Shown in pieces: positions 1 to 10,392 of a DNA stretch of 64,000 nucleotides. Location: contig CAWJYV010000010.1 in NCBI GenBank assembly GCA_963847185.1, forward strand, positions 352,001 through 416,000, read 5' to 3'. The stretch's first letter is position 1, and the number at the start of each line of letters is the position of its first letter. The notes beneath the pieces were generated by a model. That model was not told where the DNA came from. It searched no databases and saw only the letters and a program-made list of their open reading frames with translations. A program made the translations under genes and the position numbers. This DNA is from an uncultured Methanosarcinaceae archaeon. GTDB taxonomy: Archaea > Halobacteriota > Methanosarcinia > Methanosarcinales > Methanosarcinaceae.

Positions 1-1
1 A

Positions 2-151
2 GGTATTGAGAATGGACAATATATCTATATGCAAGAGGATGGAAAAATCACTACCGATAGATCAAAGGCAAAGATTCTAAAACTCGAAGGTAAAGAGGTA
101 TATGAAAACGTTCTGGATCTTACTCTCCAAAAAAAGGACTCTAAGTCTTAA
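2..151 (+). CDS. C-terminal end of a gene running in from the left edge (hypothetical)
   Basis: Open frame from base 2, GIENGQYIYMQEDGKITTDRSKAKILKLEGKEVYENVLDLTLQKKDSKS, ending TAA at 149-151; partial. Confidence 0.55.
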   Translation, partial: GIENGQYIYMQEDGKITTDRSKAKILKLEGKEVYENVLDLTLQKKDSKS

Positions 152-767
152 TAACAATAAATCGGACACCAAAAATCCATGCTTCACTTTTTGTAATTTG
201 CTTCTGATTGCTTTACCATTTTGAAACCTTGGTATTTCTTTGATCTGGGATTTCTGCTGAATCCGGTAAATACGATCATTCTATAGATTAACTAACGCAC
301 AGTGAGCAATAATTACATTTTTATGCCTATCTTTTCAAGGTTACTTTTTGTTGGTCTTCGACCCAACTTTAAATATATTCTTTTTTTATTACATGATCTT
401 CTAGGGTATCTAAAACAGACTTTGTTATTTTTCCATCGGAGTTTTGAGATTCAATTTATAAAAAACCCGAAAACATACTCAGAAGATTCTGTAAAGCCAG
501 ATAGTTGAGAAGAATCAATAAGAAATCTGGCGTAATCAAAAGCAGTACATTTAAGTGGATTTATTCCCATACAAACGTGGAGTATTTACTGGATGATATT
601 AAAGTAAATATTATATTAATTGAAAGTAATTTGTTGAAACGTTTAAACATAATAATTCCTAACTGAATTTATTAATACAAGAGAGCATTTAGATTATTGT
701 TTATTATTAAAAATTGGCCCTCAAGACATTCTCAAGACTGAGATATATCATTAAAAGCTGGGGTAAA

Positions 768-2234
768 ATGAACGAAAGATATCTTAGGTATGTACAGCAA
801 AACAAGAAAAAAATAGGATTTTTCATTGTAGTTCTTATTTTCTTAATTGCAGTAGGAATATTCATCTATCATACCATACAGTCTAACCCTCCCGTTACAG
901 TGTCAAATGAGATTGTATATGTAGCTAGTGATGGAAGTGGAAATTTCACGTGTGATGGGAGTGATGACCAGGTAGAGATAAATCAAGCTCTAAAATATGT
1001 CGCAGAGAATCCACAGTTTTCAACCGTTCATTTGAAAGGCCCTAATACATACGTTATATCGGACAGTATTTTGATTGGGAACAATACAATCCTTGAGGGA
1101 GATCGTACAGCTGTTCTTAAACTTGAAGACAACGCAGACTGGCCAGTTGGCAAGCCCATGATAACACAGACGGACAGCGCAGGAATCAATAGAGTCACTG
1201 TAAAAGGATTTGAAATTGACGGAAATCATGACAAGAATGAAGATAGAAAGAGAGGGCAAGGATACTACAATCTGATCCATTTCCTTGATTCTAAGAATAT
1301 AGATGTTCACGGCATGTACATGCACGATAGTCATGGAGACGGGCTAAAAGTAGAGAGAAGCTCCAATATCATATTCTACAATAACAAAGTGTATAAATTA
1401 GGGCATGATGGTCTTTTTGCCATTGATAGTCAGAATATAGAGGCCTGGAGAAACACGATAACTTGTAGAACTAATGGTGGGCTTAGAGTAATGAACTCAA
1501 ATCATGTAAAATTCCATGATAACGCCATAGATTCTTTTTTCCACTGGAGTGCAGGCGGCTCCGCAGTTCTGATTGAGAAAACGACAGGTGTCGTTAACGA
1601 CGTAGAGGTATATAATAACACTATCAACAATACGTATGGACCTGGGATATGGCTGATAGGCTACGGGGATTCTTATTCTAAGGAAGAAGCACAAAATGTC
1701 CGCATACGTCACAATATCTTCTATAACACTGGTACGAATCCGAGTATTGACTGGGTAGGAGGTATAGTAACAAGTGGGTTTCACAACACCCTCATTGAGA
1801 ATAATGTATTTGACGGGGTGTACCATGGAGCCATTATCCATATGTATCCTTCTTATACAGATGTAGATCACTCTGTTGATCTTTCATCTACAGGTACTGG
1901 ATACACGGCAATTGTCCGCAACAACATTATTGTAAACACCCAGAAACGTACGAAAGACCCTGATGGAACAGGATATGCAGTAATCAATTATCTTCCTGAA
2001 ACGCATAATTTTGTGCTGGAAAACAACTGTCTCTATAATAACTCTGCAGGTAACTATCTAAACTGTACATCAGCAACTGACATCTATGCAGACCCACTGT
2101 TTGTAAACCCGAGCAAACATGATTATCACCTTAAACAAAATTCTCCTTGCATTGGTGCAGGGTATACTTCACAAACTTCTTTGAATGAATCCGGAGGAAA
2201 TGATACCCGGCCAAATATAGGAAGATATAGTTAA
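768..2234 (+). CDS. Membrane-anchored right-handed parallel beta-helix protein (disaggregatase-related / pectin-lyase-like surface protein)
   Basis: N-terminal basic stretch plus TM (KKKIGFFIVVLIFLIAVGIFIY), VYVAxDGSG..CDG.DD motif, repeated Asn-rich beta-helix coils and C-terminal DPLF..DYHL...SP.IG motif. ATG at 768 preferred over TTG at 714. Confidence 0.8.
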   Translation: MNERYLRYVQQNKKKIGFFIVVLIFLIAVGIFIYHTIQSNPPVTVSNEIVYVASDGSGNFTCDGSDDQVEINQALKYVAENPQFSTVHLKGPNTYVISDSILIGNNTILEGDRTAVLKLEDNADWPVGKPMITQTDSAGINRVTVKGFEIDGNHDKNEDRKRGQGYYNLIHFLDSKNIDVHGMYMHDSHGDGLKVERSSNIIFYNNKVYKLGHDGLFAIDSQNIEAWRNTITCRTNGGLRVMNSNHVKFHDNAIDSFFHWSAGGSAVLIEKTTGVVNDVEVYNNTINNTYGPGIWLIGYGDSYSKEEAQNVRIRHNIFYNTGTNPSIDWVGGIVTSGFHNTLIENNVFDGVYHGAIIHMYPSYTDVDHSVDLSSTGTGYTAIVRNNIIVNTQKRTKDPDGTGYAVINYLPETHNFVLENNCLYNNSAGNYLNCTSATDIYADPLFVNPSKHDYHLKQNSPCIGAGYTSQTSLNESGGNDTRPNIGRYS

Positions 2235-2344
2235 CAGTGTAGAATACGCTTTATTTTGAATCTCAGATATAAGTCCTACAGATTTTGCTACAATTCCATT
2301 ATATTACAGCACCAAAGCAAGGTCCAAAAATAGATTAAAAAAGC

Positions 2345-2370
2345 CACACGGAAATATAATTATCCGTGTG
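2345..2370. terminator. Hairpin between convergent genes
   Basis: CACACGGA-N10-TCCGTGTG, a perfect 8-bp inverted repeat. Confidence 0.45.
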
Positions 2371-2381
2371 TAATATTTGTG

Positions 2382-2441
2382 CTTACTGTTTCCTGTACTT
2401 ACTATTTCCTGTACTTACTGTTTCCTGTACTTACCATTTCC
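2382..2441. repeat. 16-bp tandem repeat, about 3.7 copies
   Basis: CTTACTRTTTCCTGTA at 2382, 2398 and 2414, partial copy at 2430; no spacers. Confidence 0.85.
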
Positions 2442-2465
2442 AATAATCTCCGCCTTTTACAAAGT

Positions 2466-3086
2466 TTACACATGCAATATTCTAACAGTCTTTCTATTCG
2501 GTAAATCATTCACAGTTTCATACTTAAACCCTAAAACACCCAAATCTGTGTAAAACCACTTAGGAATATGACTGCAAATTACATCCAGCCTGTTGAATTC
2601 TCCATTTTTTAGATAAGGGATTAGAATTTTCTTAGAAGTCAAATCAGGATTCTTTAAAAGGATTTCCTCCATATTAAGGCTAAAATCGCCTTTATTCACG
2701 CCAGGTTTTAAAAATTGCGTGATATCGAATTTGGGAGTTTCTTTCTGCCGCTTGTTAATTACCTCAAGAATTTCTTTTTTAACTGAATCAAGAACATCAG
2801 GTACGCTATTTTCTACGAGGAATATGTCAAATCCCGCTGCTTGAAAAGTGCCAAACGCTACGCCTGGAATTTCACTTGCAACCACTATTTTTACATCACC
2901 AAGCTGCTTTACAGTATCCGCCACAGCCGTACGTACCGCAGCAATGCCCTTTGCGTTGTAAACTTTATTTTCGAAATGGTTCAGGACTGTCCATTTCCCG
3001 TCGTCTTCGTCATATATTGTAATAAAACCAAGTTCAAATATTGAACTTGTTTTTTTGTCGCTGTTTTCCACAACTGCAATTTTCAA
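2466..3086 (-). CDS. Fe-only nitrogenase accessory AnfO-family protein
   Basis: MKIAV..., IVVASEIPG..F..F...GF, and C-terminal LTSKKILIPYL...F..L.V.C.HIPKWF, which I recognise as the AnfO-family pattern. TTG start with AAGGAGG RBS. Confidence 0.7.
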   Translation of the reverse strand: MKIAVVENSDKKTSSIFELGFITIYDEDDGKWTVLNHFENKVYNAKGIAAVRTAVADTVKQLGDVKIVVASEIPGVAFGTFQAAGFDIFLVENSVPDVLDSVKKEILEVINKRQKETPKFDITQFLKPGVNKGDFSLNMEEILLKNPDLTSKKILIPYLKNGEFNRLDVICSHIPKWFYTDLGVLGFKYETVNDLPNRKTVRILHV

Positions 3087-3584
3087 GACAAATCCTCCTT
3101 TCGTGTTTCGATTCTGATGACTTCAGGCTGTGATTAAAACAATTATCTGCTGTCGGAAATATTTCATTTATTTGCATAAGCTCTATGATATTAATTCTGC
3201 AATCACAGGAATATAGCTTATGCTTCATTAGCATACCACATAACACTTTTTAAATAATAACAATTATTCTGTGTTATTTTTAATCAAAAATATAACAAGT
3301 CACTGTTTGTATTGAAAATATGTCACAATGCTACTTCGTTGATTTTGTACCTGTACTTCCATTACTGGATTTCTTCTTCAGTCCATTAATATAAAAATAA
3401 TTACCTGCAATATAAATGGCTTAACGCATCTGTCACCTTCTTTAACTCTATTTTCTATGCCATCTGAATTCTTTGCAGCAGAGCATCAGGATTAATAACA
3501 AATTTTGTATATGGATCACATTAAATTTTCTGGAAGCAAATGTCGGACTCATTTGATTTGTAACCCTTCAGCATAATTCTCATT

Positions 3585-4520
3585 TTAGGTACATGTGTCC
3601 TCAGTTTCTTGCGGCAAAACAGTTTGTAATCTGACTGCTTCTCTCCAGCGCAACCAGAGGATTGCCAATCCGACAATACCGATCACACCATCGGTGATGA
3701 ATATAGCCAATCCCTGGCTTAAGACAGAAGTAAGGACCAGGGGAAGCCCGTTCCACATTGCGTGCAGGATGGAAACTAGCAGGTAAGCGCCAATCACGTT
3801 CAGATTAACGCGGAAGTTACAACTCCTGCTCTCACGGAACAGCACGCTGGCTAAAATCGCTGTCCAGGTCCCGTGCCCCAGCGGAGAAAGCAGCCCACGA
3901 AGCAAGGTCACTGCCACGGTTACCGAAACACTCCCATTGCTCGCCAGAAAGGCGGTAAAAGCGTAACCGTTACTTTCCAGAGCCGCAAACCCCATCCCGG
4001 ACGCTGCACCTAGGATCAAGCCATCCATTTCCGAATCATGCCGTCTGTGGTGTGCAATTACCATCACTCCCATAATTTTAGCAAATTCTTCGATGAGTCC
4101 TATTCTTAAATTCGCACCGGGATTCGATTGAGGAATAAAAAATGGTTCAAGAAGGGAAGCGGCAAGGATACCCACCAGCCCGCCATACAGGAAAGCCAGA
4201 GAGACTGTTGACATTGTCAGACGGCTGAGATGCCTGCGCTCGTAAAAGAACGCCACGTAAGCAACAGGAACCATAAAGTTACCGACCAGTACCACAGTGG
4301 GGAAAATGTTTGAATTATTCGTCAGTAGCAAGGCTGCCAGCAAGAGAATATAGAAAACTGCTCCTGTAGCTAGAACTTTTAGCCAGGCATTCCTCTTGAC
4401 CATTGGTACAGAAGGCCGAATTTCCGTCACATTGTCTGCAATTTCTTTCCCATTCAATCCGTTCATCTCATTCGTTAAATCAGATTCCTCCATGAATTTG
4501 CGAAAAGCTTGATCCTGCAA
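3585..4520 (-). CDS. PrsW-family intramembrane glutamic metalloprotease
   Basis: Multi-TM protein with IEEFAK (EExxK), GMGFAALE, GHGTWT and LHAMWN motifs. The true start is probably downstream (ATG 4493 or later). Confidence 0.85.
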   Translation of the reverse strand: MQDQAFRKFMEESDLTNEMNGLNGKEIADNVTEIRPSVPMVKRNAWLKVLATGAVFYILLLAALLLTNNSNIFPTVVLVGNFMVPVAYVAFFYERRHLSRLTMSTVSLAFLYGGLVGILAASLLEPFFIPQSNPGANLRIGLIEEFAKIMGVMVIAHHRRHDSEMDGLILGAASGMGFAALESNGYAFTAFLASNGSVSVTVAVTLLRGLLSPLGHGTWTAILASVLFRESRSCNFRVNLNVIGAYLLVSILHAMWNGLPLVLTSVLSQGLAIFITDGVIGIVGLAILWLRWREAVRLQTVLPQETEDTCT

Positions 4521-4692
4521 AGAAGCTTGACCCAGCGACGTGAAGCGTAACCGGATGGTAATAGCAAGAAGCTCATTAAAGAGCTTAGTGCATGGGAAAA
4601 TAAAAGGATTTTTAAAGATGTTTCTGGGGAAAAGCCAGGCATTAAAGCTTCATAAACATTATATAATAAATAAAAAAAATGTTGTGAAGTTA

Positions 4693-5166
4693 TTATTTGC
4701 CTGGTAAATGTGATTTTAATTTCATCAAAGCTTCTGTTCCCTCTCTATATAACTCTTTGATATTTTCCTGATATACAAAAGTTGCCGGCACTAAAAGTAA
4801 CGGAATAGTTGCTGCAGCTTTAGCCCCTTCTGAAACGGGCAATGCGGCTAAAAAGCTTGCTCCAGTAGCACCATAGATTGGAATTATGGGAATTAGCATA
4901 GCTAAACCGAATGTTCTTCTGAAATGGATACCTAACTTCGCAGCCAGGAAACCATTAGACCCTATGACCAAACCAATACCGACACTGGGCCCTATAGTCT
5001 GAAAAGGATTATACGACGGTCCTATATAGAGTCCAAAATCGAGGCCAAAAAAGGAAAAAAGGCCATTGAATTGATTCCTTTCTTGATTGGAGTTTCCTCC
5101 AAGGCCTGATACAACTATACCTATGTCCAGTTGCAGAGGTCCTCTTCCTATTCCCCTTCGATCCAT
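4693..5166 (-). CDS. Hypothetical Gly-rich membrane protein
   Basis: 157-aa ORF with ATG start and several hydrophobic Gly/Ile/Leu segments; no family recognised. Confidence 0.55.
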   Translation of the reverse strand: MDRRGIGRGPLQLDIGIVVSGLGGNSNQERNQFNGLFSFFGLDFGLYIGPSYNPFQTIGPSVGIGLVIGSNGFLAAKLGIHFRRTFGLAMLIPIIPIYGATGASFLAALPVSEGAKAAATIPLLLVPATFVYQENIKELYREGTEALMKLKSHLPGK

Positions 5167-5433
5167 TATGTAATTACTTTTCCTGATCGATAATAAAATT
5201 TATCTCTCAGAATTTATGTCTCTTCCTTATTTACCAAAACAATATTCCTTAATTTCAATATTTAGGCCTTGTAAAAAATTAATTAGAATCAGATTCGATA
5301 GCTCAAAATAATTATTTTAGGCTACCTAATTCAAATGAATGAAAAATTTGCAATAAATTGGATCCAGAAATCGATCCAAAAACGTCGCTCGGAAATATAA
5401 TATGCGAATCTTTGATTGAAGACATATTTGAGC

Positions 5434-7962
5434 TCAAAATTTTACTCTTTTGTAAAAAATCTTCTTTATTGTCTCAGCTGTAAGAATATATAGGCCTATT
5501 ATGGCTCCAATAATAAAAATAACCGAGACTGGGAGAGGCTTGAAGCCAAAGGGGGCTGCGAAAGGAGTCCATGGGAAGAGAAGAGTGACTACTCCTATAA
5601 GCAGGGTAGCTGCCAGCAGATATTTTCCAGGCCTGCTCCTGAAGAAAGGCTTCCTGCTCCTAACCACCAGAACTATCATGGAAGCTGAAATAACGGATTC
5701 CGTAAACCAGCCGGTTCTGAATTGCTCTACCATGCCTGGTAATATAAGAAGCAGAACACCGAAAGTCATGTAATCGAATACCGAGCTGGTTATGCCAAAT
5801 GCTATCATAAATTTGCGGATAAAAGCTATACTCCAGCGATGCGGCTTTTCAATCATTTCCTTATCAACGGTATCTGTGGCTATAGTCATTTCCGGAAAAT
5901 CTGTCAATAAATTGGTTAACAGAATCTGTGTGGGCAGCAGGGGCAGGAATGGCAAAAAAAGGGATGCTCCTGCCATGCTGAACATATTCCCGAAATTGGC
6001 ACTGGTAGCCATGAAGACGTACTTCAGAGTATTGGCAAAAGTTTTTCTTCCTCCTTTTATACCTTCGATAAGAGCATCCAGGCTTTTCTCCAGAAGCACA
6101 ATATCTGCAGCTTCTTTGGCAACATCTGCGGCACTGTCAACTGAGATTCCGACATCTGCTGCGTGAAGGGCAGAAGCGTCATTAATACCATCTCCAAGAT
6201 ATCCAACAATGTTTCCACCTTTCTTGAACGCGAGGATAATATGCTCTTTCTGACTTGGCTCTACCTCGGCAAAAATGTCAGTATCGTTTACCTTTCTTAT
6301 CAGGGCCTCGTTACTCACCCGAGCAATTTCGCTTCCGGTCAGAATCTTAGAATCCTTAAGCCCTACCTCTCGACCGATACTGGCAGCAACAAACTTGTTA
6401 TCTCCAGTAATAATTTTAAGAGAGATCCCAAGTTTTTCCATGTTTTCTATAGTTTTTACAATGCCTGTCTTTGGCGGATCAAAAAAGAGTAAGAATCCGA
6501 GAAAAATCATCCCTATTTCGTTCTCTTTTCTTATAGTGTTCTGCTGGTTTATCTCCTTATACGCAACTCCCAGCGTTCGAAACCCTTTTTTGCTGAACTC
6601 CTCAAATTGCTGATCGATTTGTTCCTTTATCCTGGAAATCTCAACGGTTTTTCCAGGTTCAGCCTCAGCTAAGGAGCAAACTTCGAGAATATTCGGAACC
6701 GCACCTTTGGTAATCATCAGGTTAACATTGTTTTTCGAAACAAGGATGCTTAACCGTCTGCGTATGAAATCGTAAGGTACTTCATCCAATCTCCTGTAAT
6801 CTGACAAGTCGGATTTATTTCGTGCCAGAATTGCCCGATCAATAGGGTTTTCAAAGCCTTTCTGATAATGAGAATTGAGACTGGCATAAAGAAGGATTTT
6901 TGCATTCTGATTTCCTTTAAGATCCCGGAAAGAATCAAGTTCCAGTTCTCCTTCGGTCAGTGTTCCAGTCTTATCTGAGCAAAGCAGGTTCATACTGCCC
7001 ATGTTTTCAATGGAAGAGAGTCTCTTGACAATGACCTTATTTTGAGCCATCTCTCTTGCACCATGAGAAAGATTAACGCTTATAATTGCAGGCAGAAGCT
7101 GTGGGGTCAGCCCAACTGCAAGAGCAAGGGAAAAAAGAAAAGAGTCAAGGATTGGACGCTGCAGGTAAACGTTAATCGCAAAGATTGCCATCACCATCAG
7201 CATCGTGACTTCCATTAGAAAGTGGCCAAAATTCTCAATGCCCTGTTCAAATTCAGTCTTAGGAGGCCGGAGTTTTAGAGATTCTGAGATCTTTCCGAAT
7301 TCCGTTTCCTTTCCAGTAGAAACTATCAGTGCTTTTCCATTCCCGCTAACTACACTGGTGCCCATCCAGAGAGAATTTGTACGTTGTGCAAGAGGAGTTT
7401 CTGAATTCAATACCCCTGTTGATTTTTCGACTGGATATGTTTCTCCGGTAAGAGTAGATTCGCTAACAAAAAGTTCATTTGACTCCAGGATCAAACCGTC
7501 TGCGGGAATTATATCTCCTGCGTTAAGAACTACTATATCTCCAGGAACAACCCGTTCTACAGGGATTTCCTTTTCTTTGCCATCCCTGAGGACTGCTGCT
7601 TTTACCTCCACAGCGCTAAGTAACTTTTCAAAAGCATCAGCAGCTCCCTTTTCCTGCCAGAAACCAAGAAGGCTGCTGACCAGGACAATAATTGCGATGA
7701 TTATTGTATCCGTAACATCGCCAAGAAAGAAAGATAGTAAGGATGCAAAAAGCAGAATGAGAGTGATTGGACTCTTGAACTGGGAAAGCAAAATTTTGAG
7801 AGTATCCGAACTTCTTTTTGGTTTAAGAACGTTAGCTCCATATCTTTTAAGGCGTTCACTAACTTCGGAACTTTTCAGGCCTTCAGTTGTTGTTTGTAGT
7901 TCCTGCAGCAACTCAGAAGAAGAAAAACTCCAGAAATCAAGTTTTTTCTTGCTATCAGCCAA
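5434..7962 (-). CDS. mgtA: Magnesium-translocating P-type ATPase
   Basis: TGE, LAVGLTPQLLP, CSDKTGTLT phosphorylation motif, KGA, GDGIND and SANFGN (type IIIB-like). TTG start with AGGAG RBS. Confidence 0.85.
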   Translation of the reverse strand: MADSKKKLDFWSFSSSELLQELQTTTEGLKSSEVSERLKRYGANVLKPKRSSDTLKILLSQFKSPITLILLFASLLSFFLGDVTDTIIIAIIVLVSSLLGFWQEKGAADAFEKLLSAVEVKAAVLRDGKEKEIPVERVVPGDIVVLNAGDIIPADGLILESNELFVSESTLTGETYPVEKSTGVLNSETPLAQRTNSLWMGTSVVSGNGKALIVSTGKETEFGKISESLKLRPPKTEFEQGIENFGHFLMEVTMLMVMAIFAINVYLQRPILDSFLFSLALAVGLTPQLLPAIISVNLSHGAREMAQNKVIVKRLSSIENMGSMNLLCSDKTGTLTEGELELDSFRDLKGNQNAKILLYASLNSHYQKGFENPIDRAILARNKSDLSDYRRLDEVPYDFIRRRLSILVSKNNVNLMITKGAVPNILEVCSLAEAEPGKTVEISRIKEQIDQQFEEFSKKGFRTLGVAYKEINQQNTIRKENEIGMIFLGFLLFFDPPKTGIVKTIENMEKLGISLKIITGDNKFVAASIGREVGLKDSKILTGSEIARVSNEALIRKVNDTDIFAEVEPSQKEHIILAFKKGGNIVGYLGDGINDASALHAADVGISVDSAADVAKEAADIVLLEKSLDALIEGIKGGRKTFANTLKYVFMATSANFGNMFSMAGASLFLPFLPLLPTQILLTNLLTDFPEMTIATDTVDKEMIEKPHRWSIAFIRKFMIAFGITSSVFDYMTFGVLLLILPGMVEQFRTGWFTESVISASMIVLVVRSRKPFFRSRPGKYLLAATLLIGVVTLLFPWTPFAAPFGFKPLPVSVIFIIGAIIGLYILTAETIKKIFYKRVKF

Positions 7963-8036
7963 TAAGATATCTCCTAATTACCTTCTATATCTTTTCTCGA
8001 ACTTAAGCGGTTGCCTATTTTGCAATTGACATTTAA

Positions 8037-9675
8037 CTTGACTTTGTCACATTTCCTTTTCACGTCTACCGTGAAGTATAATTTTTCCCCTATAAATTTG
8101 ATTTAGTGAAACAAATAACAGATGACTTCATCAAGTCAAATAATATCTCTGTAGAAAAATACATTTCAGAGAAGCATCTTGAATTCTATTTTCAAACTAA
8201 AACTCGTTGTATGGTTTTAACCTGTATTGATTACCTTAATGGTTTGCTTCTCCTCCCCTATAGGAAAAATATGAGAAAAATGGCAATTTACTGTTGTAAA
8301 TGCTCTAACAACCAATCACTAAGCCATTTCCTCTCAAGTTCTCCTTGGCGTTCTGCAGATCTCCTCAAATCTGTTCGAACAAAAGCCATTCAAATTATAG
8401 GTAAAAATGGTGTTCTTATACTTGACGAATCAAGCATAAAAAAATCTGGAAATAGTTCTGTAGGAGTTTCTCATCAGTATTGTGGCAACCTTGGAAAAAA
8501 GGATAATTGTCAGGTTGGCGTATTCCTTGCTTATTTTAAGAAAAATAAGAGAATGTTGATTGATGAGAGATTATATCTCCCACAAAAATGGATTGATGAC
8601 AAGGCACGTTGTTTAAAGGCTAAAATTCCTCGTGAGGAGATAAAGTTCCGAACCAAGTATGAACTTGGTCTTGAAATGATTGATAATGCAATAGAAGAAG
8701 GTATTCCTTTCTCCTATGTCACAATGGATGGATTCTATGGTGAAAATCCTGAGTTATTGACAGAACTTGAAAGTAGAGGCTTAACTTTTGTTGCAGACAT
8801 AGCTGTTGATACTCTCGTCTATATTGAGAAACCATTAGTTGGGATTCCTGAGAAAAAGGGAACAAGAGGAAGGAAACCTGTTATTCCCAGAGTTTTGAAT
8901 ACATTATCAATAAGAGTAGATTCTCTTTCCAATTCAGTTGATGGATGGGAACTTATCAATGTTAGAAAAACGGAAAGAGGGTATAAAAAAGTCTATTTTA
9001 AGGCTATAAAAGTTTGGAGACGTCAGAATAAATTACCTTGTGAGAAGCCAGTATGGCTTCTCATAAGTAAAGATTCAGAATCAAATGAAATTAAATATTC
9101 ACTATGTAACGCTTCTGAAGATACGTCATTCGATAAACTTGCAAAAATGCAGAGTTCAAGGTATTGGATTGAGAGAGCATTTCAGGATGCAAAGGGAAAC
9201 TGTGGAATGGCAGAATATATGGTGAGAAATTGGAATGCATGGCACCATCATATGGCATTGGTAATGCTTGCAATGCTTATTTTACTCTCTTATCTGAAAA
9301 AATTCAACAAAATGTATAAGATTTCAATTCCTGGGATCATATGGATACTGAAATACCATAATCCATTGAAAAGAATCGATGCTTGGGAAATTGCAAGAAT
9401 ATTAAATCAAGATAATGAGCTGAGAAGGAAGGCAAGAGTTAGCAGGTTAAGAAGTTCATAATTTTCGGATTAGAGAAATTGGATTCTTGTTCTGGTTACT
9501 GGTAAGTATGCAATTTTAGCAGGAAAAATTAATGACAGTGAAATTAAGGCAACTATTGATTGAGAAGAAAATAGAAGAAACAAAAATGGGAAGGTAAAAG
9601 GATTCAAGATGGAGTAGATTTGAGTGGAAATAGGTTTCGATATCTGCAATAATGATTTAATTTGACAATGTCAAG
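8037..9675 (+). mobile_element. IS701-family insertion sequence, apparently intact
   Basis: TIRs CTTGACTTTGTCACATT (8037-8053) and AATTTGACAATGTCAAG (9659-9675), 15/17 match. TTAA target duplication at 8033-8036 and 9676-9679. Contains one transposase ORF. Confidence 0.9.
8106..9461 (+). CDS. IS701-family DDE transposase
   Basis: LILDESSIKKSG..SVGV..QYCG.LGK..NCQVGV, LYLP..W, MDGFYG, RYWIERAFQDAK..GM..Y.VR.W.AWHHH signature. Confidence 0.92.
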   Translation: MKQITDDFIKSNNISVEKYISEKHLEFYFQTKTRCMVLTCIDYLNGLLLLPYRKNMRKMAIYCCKCSNNQSLSHFLSSSPWRSADLLKSVRTKAIQIIGKNGVLILDESSIKKSGNSSVGVSHQYCGNLGKKDNCQVGVFLAYFKKNKRMLIDERLYLPQKWIDDKARCLKAKIPREEIKFRTKYELGLEMIDNAIEEGIPFSYVTMDGFYGENPELLTELESRGLTFVADIAVDTLVYIEKPLVGIPEKKGTRGRKPVIPRVLNTLSIRVDSLSNSVDGWELINVRKTERGYKKVYFKAIKVWRRQNKLPCEKPVWLLISKDSESNEIKYSLCNASEDTSFDKLAKMQSSRYWIERAFQDAKGNCGMAEYMVRNWNAWHHHMALVMLAMLILLSYLKKFNKMYKISIPGIIWILKYHNPLKRIDAWEIARILNQDNELRRKARVSRLRSS

Positions 9676-9774
9676 TTAAGTTCCCTCAATAAGTATTATT
9701 CAGCTAACCTGATAAGCTAATTAAAAGGAGCTTCAAACCATCTAAAAACAATTATGGAAACTTATATTTAAATC

Positions 9775-9916
9775 GAGCTCATCACAAAAACTCAATATTA
9801 CACATTCTAGTTTACTTTCTAGTACCTAATTTGGAATAATCGGCTGAGTCTCTGATTAGGAAAATAATTCTATAATTTGTTAAGGTAGAAATGAAAATTA
9901 GCTTTGGGACAGGCTC
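9775..9916. mobile_element. MITE copy 1 (degenerate), ~130-140 bp family with GAGCCTATCCCAAA-type ends
   Basis: Begins GAGCTCATCACAAAAACTCAA and ends TTTGGGACAGGCTC; internal GATTAGGAAAATA resembles the copy at 56006-56134. Confidence 0.6.
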
Positions 9917-10392
9917 AATAAATACATCCTGATTTTTCTTGATATCGATTTCCACAATAACTATCTGGGTACCAGCTCCTTTAGACAGTGATAGCTACTG
10001 CTGTATACTTTATAATTATTTTAACAATATAACTTAAGTTTAAAAATTTCAAAGAGATGAATTAAAAAACACATTCTATAATTTAATTACTGTAATTTAG
10101 AGAAGACTTATGGTGAGGATGTTCCCTCAGACCTGGAATCCCATTTATATGCAGGACTTAAGGCGTTTCAGAAGGTTACCTCCTTAAAACGAGGGCTGAA
10201 GAACTGAGTCAAGGGCCAGAAGAAGTGGGAAATGACCCGAAACACCGATATGTAAAAATTCTACACATATCGCATGATGATTAAATAGCGTACATTTTCG
10301 AATTCAAACATACTAAGTTTATTCATCGAACATCCTAAACTTATTTGATCTACTTCTAAAATAATATAAATGAGATTGCTAAATAATCTAAT

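Noticed and set aside
302-508. Short AT-rich ORFs such as 302-508, 37548-37769, 37600-37806, 46713-46934 and 47318-47512
   Set aside because: No RBS, low-complexity F/I/L/K composition expected from AT-rich intergenic DNA.
2382-2441. Possible mini-CRISPR or iteron array
   Set aside because: Contiguous 16-bp units without spacers; a simple tandem repeat.
8006-8017. Pyrrolysine read-through of the MSIAK leader amber codon
   Set aside because: It would add only three more codons before TAA; nothing in the sequence supports it.
7205-8029. 274-aa plus-strand ORF, and similar long antisense ORFs at 12712-13698, 57831-58724, 59577-60155 and 62166-62759
   Set aside because: They lie antisense to well-supported genes and have no recognisable motifs; shadow ORFs.
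9680-9745. Fluoride or M-box riboswitch in the mgtA leader
   Set aside because: Only a short AGCT-based hairpin is visible; I could not match the conserved riboswitch cores by eye.
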